64,000 nucleotides of DNA from Bacteroidales bacterium (GCA_016285085.1 JAEEQA010000006.1:3412-67411), one strand, 5' to 3'. Positions 19,348 to 27,077 are shown, counted from the first letter of the stretch. Numbers and translations are program-made. The notes: a model not told the origin generated them from the letters alone.

Positions 19348-21121
19348 TCTTACCTTTTGCCGCGTGCAGCGCTGCCCCATACGCGCCCATCAGTTCGGGA
19401 ATGTCGGAGAAGGAGACGTTGCAGCCGGTCATCTTCTCGAGGGCGCGGACGATGCTGTGGTTGCGGAAGGTGCCGCCTTGCACCACAATTTTCTTTCCGA
19501 GTTCCGATATATTTTTGAGTTTCAACACTTTGAAAAGACAGTTTTTGATGACGGAGTAACTGAAGCCGGCGGCGATGTCGGCAACGGCCGCCCCTTCCTG
19601 CATGGCCTGCTTCACCTTGGAGTTCATGAAGACGGTGCAGCGGGTGCCGAGGTCGCAGGGGTGCTGGGCGAAGCACGACATTTCGGCAAATTCAGCCACA
19701 GGGTAGCCCATCATGTTGGCGAAGGTCTCGATGAAGGAGCCGCAGCCGGAGGAGCACGCCTCGTTGATTTCCATGCGGCGGATGGAGCCGTTGTCCACGA
19801 AGATGGCCTTCATGTCCTGGCCGCCGATGTCGAGCACGAAACTCACGTCGGGTTCCACCTGCCGTGCCGCCGAGAAGTGGGCCATCGTCTCCACGATGCC
19901 ATAGTCGAAGTTGAAGGCGGTTTTGATGAGGTTCTCGCCGTAGCCGGTGACGCAGCTGCCGCCGATGATGAAATTGTCGGCATTGTCCACATGGTCGTAC
20001 AGCGTTTTCAGCATGTTGCAGAAGGTGCGGAAACTGTCGCCGTTGTTGCGCTGGTAGTCGGTATAGACCACGTGGCGGTCGCTGTCGAGGACGACCAGTT
20101 TGGTGGTGGTGCTTCCCGAGTCCACACCGAGGTAGTAGGGGGTTGGGACGTCGGTTTTCAGTTCGCCGCGGGGCACGTAGTAGAGGTTCTTGTTGGCAAT
20201 CCAGCGGTCGTATTCGGTTTTGGAGGCGAACAGGCCGTTGAGGCGGTTGCTGTAGTCGCTGGTGTTGGCCGGGGCGCTGTGTATCAGTTGGAGGAGTTCG
20301 GAAACGGTGATTTCGCCGGTGGAGCAGGTGTCGGCCAGCAGGGCGCAGCCGGTGGCGGGGATCAGTTGGGCGTTTTCCGGCAGGAGGCAGTCGGCTTCGT
20401 TGAGGTTGAGGACGTTGCGGAAGTGTTTCTGGAGTTCCGGAAGGAAGGCGAAGGGGCCGCCGCAGAAGAACACCTTAGGGATGATTTCCATGCCGCGGGC
20501 CAGGGAGGCGACCACCTGCATGGCGACGGCGTTGAAGACGGAGGCGGCGATGTCGGCGCGGCTGATGTTGCGGCTGATGAGGTTCTGGATGTCGGTTTTG
20601 GAGAAAACGCCGCAGCGGGAGGCGATGGGGTGGATGGTGCGGGCCTGGGCGGCGAGGGTGTTGAGCTCGGCGGTAGGCACATTGAGGAGGGTGGCGGTCT
20701 GGTCGATGAAGGCGCCGGTGCCGCCGGCGCAGCTGCCGTTCATGCGGATGTCGGGCACCTTGCCCTTTTCGAAGAAGATCATCTTGCTGTCCTCGCCGCC
20801 CATGTCGATAAAGGTGCCCACGTCGGGGTAGCGCCGCTTGACGGTTTCGGCGGCGGCCACGACCTCCTGCACGAAGCCGAAGCCGTGGCGTTGGGCGTAC
20901 CCCATGCCCACGGAACCGGTGATGACGATGCGTGCGCGGCAGTCGCCCATCTTCGCCAGGAACTCCCCGATGATGGTCTCGGCGGTGACGGGGATGTTGG
21001 CATTATGGCGCCGGTAGGCCGAAAAAACGAGCGTGCCCGAAGCATCCAGTGCCGCAATCTTCATCGTTGTTGAACCGATATCAACCCCTACGGAATATAG
21101 CGTTTTCGTATCCTCTGCCAT
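19331..21121 (-). CDS. CoA-substrate-specific enzyme activase with two BcrAD/BadFG (HgdC-like) ATPase domains
   Basis: There are two actin-fold ATPase starts ([17 protein letters not shown] and [17 protein letters not shown]). Each half has cluster-bridging Cys motifs (NGSCAGGTG / SRCGVF and NEACSSGCG / TRCTVF). Confidence 0.85.
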   Translation of the reverse strand: MAEDTKTLYSVGVDIGSTTMKIAALDASGTLVFSAYRRHNANIPVTAETIIGEFLAKMGDCRARIVITGSVGMGYAQRHGFGFVQEVVAAAETVKRRYPDVGTFIDMGGEDSKMIFFEKGKVPDIRMNGSCAGGTGAFIDQTATLLNVPTAELNTLAAQARTIHPIASRCGVFSKTDIQNLISRNISRADIAASVFNAVAMQVVASLARGMEIIPKVFFCGGPFAFLPELQKHFRNVLNLNEADCLLPENAQLIPATGCALLADTCSTGEITVSELLQLIHSAPANTSDYSNRLNGLFASKTEYDRWIANKNLYYVPRGELKTDVPTPYYLGVDSGSTTTKLVVLDSDRHVVYTDYQRNNGDSFRTFCNMLKTLYDHVDNADNFIIGGSCVTGYGENLIKTAFNFDYGIVETMAHFSAARQVEPDVSFVLDIGGQDMKAIFVDNGSIRRMEINEACSSGCGSFIETFANMMGYPVAEFAEMSCFAQHPCDLGTRCTVFMNSKVKQAMQEGAAVADIAAGFSYSVIKNCLFKVLKLKNISELGKKIVVQGGTFRNHSIVRALEKMTGCNVSFSDIPELMGAYGAALHAAKGKNSPSM

Positions 21122-21162
21122 GATTTAATTGCTGTGTTTAATAGGTCTATTAAATTTGGCGG

Positions 21163-21170
21163 CAAAGGTA
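21163..21170 (-). promoter_or_regulatory. Bacteroidota -7 promoter box (TACCTTTG on the minus strand) for the activase operon
   Basis: CAAAGGTA on the plus strand lies 42 nt upstream of the ATG at 21121. Confidence 0.45.
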
Positions 21171-21343
21171 CAATAATATTTTTGATTTTGGCGCACTGCG
21201 GTTGCGGCGGAATGGTGGGGCAAAAAAAAGTTACCAACAAAATATTAACATATTTATAAAATATTTTCCGATGTTTTTCTTCAAAATCATACCACAAAAA
21301 GGTTAAAATGTGTATCTTTTAATAGTGTGTAAACGAATATTTT

Positions 21344-21371
21344 GTAGAGACGCGATTCATCGCATCTCCAA
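21344..21371. repeat. Degenerate copy of the 28-nt GTAGAGACG palindrome family
   Basis: In GTAGAGACGCGA-TTCA-TCGCATCTCCAA, 9 of 12 stem positions still pair. Confidence 0.5.
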
Positions 21372-21394
21372 TATTCAATTATGTTGTTTTGTTG

Positions 21395-21402
21395 TATCTT
21401 TG
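21395..21402 (+). promoter_or_regulatory. Bacteroidota -7 promoter box (TATCTTTG) for the RhuM-like gene
   Basis: GTTGTATCTTTGCAAAAA lies 19 nt upstream of the ATG at 21421. Confidence 0.4.
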
Positions 21403-21420
21403 CAAAAATTTAATTGTTTT

Positions 21421-22248
21421 ATGAATACAGGGGAAATTGTTTTGTACCAGCCAGATAGCACCATTCAATTAGAGGTACTGGTTGAGGATGAGACTGTTTG
21501 GCTGAATCAGGCACAAATGGTGATTCTTTTTCAGCGTGATGTCTCTGTCATTTCACGGCATGTTCGCAATGTTTTCAAAGAAAAGGAATTGCCTATGGAA
21601 GGCAATTTGCATTTTTTGCAAATTGCAAATTCGGACAGGCCCGTTGCTTTTTATAACCTTGATGTTATTATTTCAGTTGGTTATCGGGTGAAAAGCAAAC
21701 GTGGGACAGAATTTCGGAAATGGGCCACGCAAACGCTAAAAGGATACCTGCTGCGAGGTTATGCGGTGAGTCAGCGGATTGACCGACTGGAGCAGAAAGT
21801 GGAAAAACACGACAAGCAAATTGATTTTTTCGTACGCACGGCACTTCCGCCAAAGGAGGGTGTCTTCTATGACGGACAGATTTTCGATGCCTACCAATTC
21901 GTGTCCGACTTGATCCGCAGTGCCAAGGAATCCATTGTCCTCATCGACAACTACGCTGACGACAGTGTGCTGACCCAGTTGACGAAGCGTGCGCCGGGCG
22001 TTTCTGTTATTCTCGGAGTAAGCCATATTACCGATGCGTTCCGTTTGGACATAGAACGGCACAACAGACAATATCCGCCCGTACAGGTGATGGAAATTTC
22101 TGGCGTCCACGACCGTTTCCTGCTGCTTGATAACAGCCGACTATACACCTTCGGAGCCTCATTCAAGGATTTGGGAAAGAAGTTGTTTTGCTTCACCTTG
22201 ATGGAGAATCCTGCGGTGGTGGCTGCGGTGCGGCAATTGGTGGAATAA
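21421..22248 (+). CDS. RhuM-family protein with a C-terminal PLD-like (HxK/RxxxxD) domain
   Basis: I prefer the ATG at 21421; the track start at 21310 is a GTG. The N-terminal half matches the RhuM pattern (WLNQAQMVILFQRDVSVISRHVRNVFKE, VIISVGYRVKSKRGTEFRKWATQTLKGYLLRGY). The C-terminal half has IVLIDNYADD and VHDRFLLLD. Confidence 0.65.
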   Translation: MNTGEIVLYQPDSTIQLEVLVEDETVWLNQAQMVILFQRDVSVISRHVRNVFKEKELPMEGNLHFLQIANSDRPVAFYNLDVIISVGYRVKSKRGTEFRKWATQTLKGYLLRGYAVSQRIDRLEQKVEKHDKQIDFFVRTALPPKEGVFYDGQIFDAYQFVSDLIRSAKESIVLIDNYADDSVLTQLTKRAPGVSVILGVSHITDAFRLDIERHNRQYPPVQVMEISGVHDRFLLLDNSRLYTFGASFKDLGKKLFCFTLMENPAVVAAVRQLVE

Positions 22249-22393
22249 GCGGCGGCTTCGACAGGCTCAGCCACCGCGGCACGGGTGCAGTCCGGTAGGA
22301 CTGCTTGCCTCGTTAGGCGCGGGATTCGTGCGGTGGGAAATCGCAGACCGTTAGGCCTGCGGGCAAGAAAAATAGAATTTACAAAAATTATTG

Positions 22394-22401
22394 TATCTTT
22401 G
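22394..22401 (+). promoter_or_regulatory. Bacteroidota -7 promoter box (TATCTTTG)
   Basis: TTGTATCTTTGCC lies 28 nt upstream of the ATG at 22429. Confidence 0.45.
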
Positions 22402-22428
22402 CCACATTTTTCCAATTCATTATATGTT

Positions 22429-25400
22429 ATGAAGAGACAGGCATATTTGATAGTCGTGGCAATCTTTTTTTTCGCTCTTTTTGAGGGTACGGTACAGGCG
22501 CAGACAGCCACCACGCGCACGTTCACGTTTACGGGACGTGATGCCGTCAGCAACTATGTGCGGCTGAATCGGGTTGTCGTCACCAACCACACAAGCGGAT
22601 GGGAAGAGACCCTTGTATGGCCCGATACAGTGCTGACGCTGGAGAAAGAGACCGGCGTTGAAGAATCCGTTGCCTATGGCGGTTTCAACCTGGCGCAAAA
22701 CAACCCGAACCCGTTCACCGGAACCACCGACGTAAACCTGACGGTTGCGGATGCGGGTACGTTGACATTGGAAATAATGGATGTGAATGGGCGTGCCGTG
22801 GTAGGGGCGAATGATTATTCGCCCCTACCCGGCATCCATCAATTCCACATTACCCTGTCAGCCGCCGGTACATACGTGATGACCGCTCGCCAAAACGGGG
22901 AATCGTCGTCCATCAAAATGGTGAACAACGGTGGCGGTAATGGGGACGGAATCGAATATGCGGGCGTTGTAAGGGCGAATAATCATTCGCCCTTACAGCC
23001 CAAATCCCACACCCGCGGCACCGTTGTCCGCCCGTTCAACATCGGGGACCAGATGGAATATGTGGGGTACGCCACCATCAACGGCGTTGAGGAGGAGAGC
23101 CAGCATATTACGCAGTCACTGGGGACATCGCAGACATTTGTGCTTCAGTTTCCGACCACCCAATTTTACCTTCCTGCCGTAACCACCTTGTCTGTCTCGA
23201 ATATCGCCGGCACGTCCGCATCCTGCGGAGGCAATGTGACTTTCGACGGCCACGACAGTGTGACGGCCCGTGGCATTTGTTGGAGTACCACGCCTGCTCC
23301 GACGATTGCCGACAGCCATACTATCGACGGCAGCGGCATAGGTGCATTCACCAGCATCCTCACAGGACTGACCATCGGCAATACGTACTATGTGCGTGCT
23401 TATGCAACGAACAGCGTGGGCACGGTGTATGGCGATGAAGTGAGTTTCGCTTCCATCATCCTTCCTACGGTTATCACATTGGAGGCGAGCGATGTCGCCG
23501 CCATTACAGCAACCTGCGGCGGCGAAGTGACCTTTGACGGCGGCGGCAGTGTCACAACCCGCGGTGTCTGCTGGAGCATCGCGCACAACCCGACGGTTGC
23601 CGACAGCCACACTACCAACGGAAGCGGCATAGGATCCTTTGTTAGTGGCTTGACGGGACTGTATGCCGGAACCACCTTCTATGTTCGGGCATACGCTGCC
23701 AACAGTGTGGGTACGGCCTACGGCAATGAGGTGAGTTTCACCACGGAGAATTACATCCCGGAAGGCGATGCACAGCCCTGTCCGGGAGTCCCAACAGTGA
23801 CCGATGTTGACGGCAATGTCTATAATACTGTGAAAATCGGAAACCAATGCTGGATGCGGGAGAATCTGAGAACTACTCGATATGAATATGGTGAAGAAAT
23901 CCCTATAAGCACTGCCATCAGTGACCACGATCCCTATCGGGTGGCCCCAAACAACGATGAGGCCAATGTTACCGATTACGGATATTTGTATAATTGGAGT
24001 GCCGTAATGCATGGTTCTTATTCTACCTCATCTGCCAATCCTTCCGGAGTGCAAGGGGTTTGTCCCGCCGGGTGGCATGTGCCAAGTGACGCTGAGTGGA
24101 GCCAGCTTTCCAATTATGTAAGCAGCCAAATCCAGAGCACGTACGTATGTCACGGTGATCCTTCCAACATCGGAAGCGCATTGGCAGATACTATGGCATG
24201 GCTTTCATCTCAAAATCATGAATCCTGCAACGTCTGCTATAGTGCAAATAATGCTACAGGTTTTTCAGCCCGTCCTGCAGGCGAGAAGGCTTGTGTTAAT
24301 AACGAATTATCCTTTTTTGGTTATTATACATTCTTTTGGAGTAGTACCTCGTTGGGAAGTGGGTATGAAAATTATGCATATTACCGTTGTATTTTTTATC
24401 AATATCCGGATTTTGGAAGAGACCGCCAAGGGAAATGCCGTTCATACTCGGTCCGTTGCATACTTGGGGAAGGGGCTGTCCCTCCCACCGTTACCACAGA
24501 CAGCATTTCCAATTGCACTTTCTCCACTGCCACTTGCGGGGGTGAAGTGACTGCTACAGGCGGCTCTGCCGTCACTGACCGCGGCGTGTGCTGGAGCACG
24601 ACCCCAAACCCCACGAGAAGCAATTCTTACGCCACTAGCGGTGGCGGTACAGGCAACTTCACCGCCAACCTATCGCTCCTTATTCCAAACACCACCTACT
24701 ATGTGCGTGCATTCGCCATCTCTATGGGAGGTATAGCATACGGGAATGAGGTGGTCTTCACGACTCCCGCCGACCCCTTCCATGACGGCGAACCCTGCAC
24801 CAGTGCGGCTACCGTCATTGACCGAGACAGCAATATATACAATACTGTTCAAGTGGGTAACCAGTGTTGGATGAAAGAGAACCTACGTACCACCCAATAT
24901 GCCGATGGAACCCCTATCTTGCAGGGGAGTGTTGACTCTGACGCGGACGCATACTGGTTCTATCCGAATAACGATCCTTCCAACAAGCCCACATACGGAC
25001 TTCTGTACAATTGGATTGCATTGATGCATGGTGCCAGCGGCAGCAATGCCAATCCCTCTGGCGTGCAGGGTATCTGCCCCGATGGCTGGCATGTGCCGAG
25101 TGACGCTGAATGGACACAGCTCACCAACTATGTAAGCTCCAGAGGTCAGTATGTATGCTATAACAACGTCAACTTTATTGCCAAGGTATTGGCAGCCACT
25201 ACAGGTTGGAACAGCAGCTATGTCAATTGTGCCATAGGCAACAACTTGGCGAGTAATAATACCACGGGCTTCGGGGCGCTGCCAGCTGGACGCTATGGTT
25301 CTGGTTTTGGAAGTTATGGCTACTATTGGAGTACTACCTACAGCGGTAACGACGAGGCGTATTATCGTCATTTCCATTACGCTTCTCCCAGGATAGAGAG

Positions 25401-25452
25401 ATACACCTATTATACGAGTTCTGGCCATTCTGTCCGCTGTATTCGTGATTAA
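22429..25452 (+). CDS. Secreted multidomain protein: signal peptide, T9SS-CTD/FlgD-Ig-like domain, three ~90-aa Ig/Fn3-like modules and two FISUMP domains
   Basis: The ATG at 22429 gives the signal peptide MKRQAYLIVVAIFFFALFEGTVQAQ. There are two FISUMP units (GNVYNTVKIGNQCWMRENL...GVCPAGWHVPSDAEW...VRCILG and SNIYNTVQVGNQCWMKENL...GICPDGWHVPSDAEW...VRCIRD). The repeated modules follow the pattern ...CGG.VT..G...VT.RG.CWS..P.PT...S......G.G.F...L..L...T.YYVRA.A.N..G..YG.EV.F. Confidence 0.8.
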   Translation: MKRQAYLIVVAIFFFALFEGTVQAQTATTRTFTFTGRDAVSNYVRLNRVVVTNHTSGWEETLVWPDTVLTLEKETGVEESVAYGGFNLAQNNPNPFTGTTDVNLTVADAGTLTLEIMDVNGRAVVGANDYSPLPGIHQFHITLSAAGTYVMTARQNGESSSIKMVNNGGGNGDGIEYAGVVRANNHSPLQPKSHTRGTVVRPFNIGDQMEYVGYATINGVEEESQHITQSLGTSQTFVLQFPTTQFYLPAVTTLSVSNIAGTSASCGGNVTFDGHDSVTARGICWSTTPAPTIADSHTIDGSGIGAFTSILTGLTIGNTYYVRAYATNSVGTVYGDEVSFASIILPTVITLEASDVAAITATCGGEVTFDGGGSVTTRGVCWSIAHNPTVADSHTTNGSGIGSFVSGLTGLYAGTTFYVRAYAANSVGTAYGNEVSFTTENYIPEGDAQPCPGVPTVTDVDGNVYNTVKIGNQCWMRENLRTTRYEYGEEIPISTAISDHDPYRVAPNNDEANVTDYGYLYNWSAVMHGSYSTSSANPSGVQGVCPAGWHVPSDAEWSQLSNYVSSQIQSTYVCHGDPSNIGSALADTMAWLSSQNHESCNVCYSANNATGFSARPAGEKACVNNELSFFGYYTFFWSSTSLGSGYENYAYYRCIFYQYPDFGRDRQGKCRSYSVRCILGEGAVPPTVTTDSISNCTFSTATCGGEVTATGGSAVTDRGVCWSTTPNPTRSNSYATSGGGTGNFTANLSLLIPNTTYYVRAFAISMGGIAYGNEVVFTTPADPFHDGEPCTSAATVIDRDSNIYNTVQVGNQCWMKENLRTTQYADGTPILQGSVDSDADAYWFYPNNDPSNKPTYGLLYNWIALMHGASGSNANPSGVQGICPDGWHVPSDAEWTQLTNYVSSRGQYVCYNNVNFIAKVLAATTGWNSSYVNCAIGNNLASNNTTGFGALPAGRYGSGFGSYGYYWSTTYSGNDEAYYRHFHYASPRIERYTYYTSSGHSVRCIRD
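22801..22828. repeat. Perfect 28-nt palindrome embedded in frame in the CDS
   Basis: GTAGGGGCGAAT-GATT-ATTCGCCCCTAC is translated as VGANDYSPL. Confidence 0.9.
22969..22996. repeat. Perfect 28-nt palindrome embedded in frame in the CDS (second copy, same codon phase)
   Basis: GTAAGGGCGAAT-AATC-ATTCGCCCTTAC is translated as VRANNHSPL. It lies 168 nt (56 codons) after the first copy. Confidence 0.9.
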
Positions 25453-25481
25453 AATTCTTTCTCCCATATCAAAAATAATCG

Positions 25482-25489
25482 TACATTTG
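25482..25489 (+). promoter_or_regulatory. Bacteroidota -7 promoter box (TACATTTG)
   Basis: CGTACATTTGCAA lies 50 nt upstream of the ATG at 25540. Confidence 0.4.
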
Positions 25490-25539
25490 CAACCGCTTTT
25501 TTTGAAAAATCAAAACAATTAATATAAAACAGTTACACT

Positions 25540-26199
25540 ATGGACAAGAATGAAATTCGTCAAATCATTGCGAAACGTGCGGCCATGGAGCTGCACGATG
25601 GTGACATTGTGAACCTCGGTATCGGTATTCCCACCATGATTCCGAACTTTCTGCCGGAAGGCGTTACGGTCACATTGCAGACTGAGAACGGTATGATCGG
25701 TATGGGTCCCACCCCCGAAGAGGGCAAGGAAGACCCGAATATGATTAACGCCGGCGGCGGCTTCATCACCGCTGTCGATGGCGCCGCCTCCTTCAGCTCC
25801 GCCACCTCCTTCGGCATCATCCGCGGCGGCCACGTGGACGCCACCATCCTCGGCGCCATGCAGGTGGATGTGAACGGCGACCTCGCCAACTGGATGATCC
25901 CCGGCAAACTCACCCCCGGCATGGGCGGAGCCATGGACCTCATCGTCGGTGCCAAGCGCGTCATCCTCGCCATGGAGCACACCCAGAAGGGCAACCCCAA
26001 AATCCTCAAGAAATGCACCCTTCCCCTCACCGCCAAAGGCCAGGTGAACCTCATCATCACCGAGATGGGCGTCATGGAAATCACCCCCGAAGGCATCGTC
26101 CTCAAGGAAATCCATCCCGAATTCACGGTTGACGACGTGAAGGCCGCTACCGAAGCCGACCTCATCATCAGCCCTGACCTCAAACCGATGCAACTGTAA
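25540..26199 (+). CDS. 3-oxoacid / butyrate-acetoacetate CoA-transferase, subunit B (ScoB/AtoA/CtfB family)
   Basis: IAKRAAMELHDGDIVNLGIGIPTMIPNFLP.GV.V.LQTENGMIGMGP and the GMGGAMDL motif; 219 aa. Confidence 0.88.
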   Translation: MDKNEIRQIIAKRAAMELHDGDIVNLGIGIPTMIPNFLPEGVTVTLQTENGMIGMGPTPEEGKEDPNMINAGGGFITAVDGAASFSSATSFGIIRGGHVDATILGAMQVDVNGDLANWMIPGKLTPGMGGAMDLIVGAKRVILAMEHTQKGNPKILKKCTLPLTAKGQVNLIITEMGVMEITPEGIVLKEIHPEFTVDDVKAATEADLIISPDLKPMQL

Positions 26200-26202
26200 T
26201 CA

Positions 26203-26226
26203 GGGTATAGGGAATAGGGAACAGGG
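26203..26226 (+). other. Canonical G-quadruplex motif (G3N4)x3G3 on the sense strand of the scoB-crt intercistronic spacer
   Basis: In GGGTATAGGGAATAGGGAACAGGG the G-tracts sit at 26203, 26210, 26217 and 26224, an exact 7-nt period. Confidence 0.6.
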
Positions 26227-26246
26227 TATAGTAGAAACGCGGTTAT

Positions 26247-26274
26247 GTAGAGACGTGGCATGCCGCGTCTCTAC
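26247..26274. repeat. 28-nt GTAGAGACG...CGTCTCTAC palindrome (one G-T wobble)
   Basis: GTAGAGACGTGGCATGCCGCGTCTCTAC lies 27 nt upstream of the crt ATG. Confidence 0.85.
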
Positions 26275-26300
26275 AACAAATGATTTAAACGACAAAACAA

Positions 26301-27077
26301 ATGGATTATACCTATCTGAAAATTAATACCGAATCCGGCATTTGTGTGCTGACGGTTTCGGCTCCGAAGTCGCTGAACGCGCTCAATTCCGCCCTTCTGA
26401 AAGAGATGGGTGACTTCCTCAGCCACATCGACAAGGAGGTGCGGGTTCTGATCATCACCGGCGACGGCGAGAAGTCGTTCGTGGCGGGCGCCGACATCTC
26501 AGAGATGCAGAACCTCAACGCTGCAGAAGGCGAAACTTTCGGCCGCCTCGGCGCACAGGTGTTCCGCAAGATTGAAACCCTTGACATTCCGGTGATTGCC
26601 GCAGTCAACGGGTTCGCCCTCGGCGGCGGCTGCGAGCTGGCGATGGCGTGCGACATCCGCATCTGCTCCGAAAACGCCAAATTCGGCCAGCCTGAAGTCG
26701 GCCTCGGCATCATCCCCGGTTTTTCCGGCACCTACCGCCTCGCCAAACTGGTGGGTATGGGGTACGCCAAGGAGATGATCTACACCGGCAAGGCCATCCG
26801 TGCCGACGAGGCGCTCCGCATCGGCTTGGTCAACGCCGTCTATCCGCAGGCGGAACTGATGGATCAGGCGATGGCGATGGCCGCCAAGATCTGCGCCATG
26901 GCCCCGATCGCCGTCCGCTACGCCAAGCAGTGCATCAACGCCGAGTACGACCTCGACGCCGATGCCGCCATTGCGTACGAGAACGAGATGTTCGGCAAGT
27001 GCTTCGCCACCCAGGACCAAAAAGAGGGCATGACCGCCTTCCTCACCAAGGCGAAACCTGCCTTCAAGAACGAATAA
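26301..27077 (+). CDS. crt: Short-chain enoyl-CoA hydratase (crotonase)
   Basis: NALNSALLKEM ... ITGDGEKSFVAGADISEM ... IAAVNGFALGGGCELAMACDIRI; 258 aa. Confidence 0.88.
   Translation: MDYTYLKINTESGICVLTVSAPKSLNALNSALLKEMGDFLSHIDKEVRVLIITGDGEKSFVAGADISEMQNLNAAEGETFGRLGAQVFRKIETLDIPVIAAVNGFALGGGCELAMACDIRICSENAKFGQPEVGLGIIPGFSGTYRLAKLVGMGYAKEMIYTGKAIRADEALRIGLVNAVYPQAELMDQAMAMAAKICAMAPIAVRYAKQCINAEYDLDADAAIAYENEMFGKCFATQDQKEGMTAFLTKAKPAFKNE

Noticed and set aside
19274-21073. A 599-aa plus-strand ORF that completely overlaps the activase gene in antisense.
   Set aside because: It is exactly in phase with the sense codons (19331-19274 = 57). It stays open only because the sense gene avoids TTA/CTA/TCA. 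Its translation is the Gly/Ala/Val/Asp/His-rich mirror typical of shadow ORFs and has no recognisable motif.
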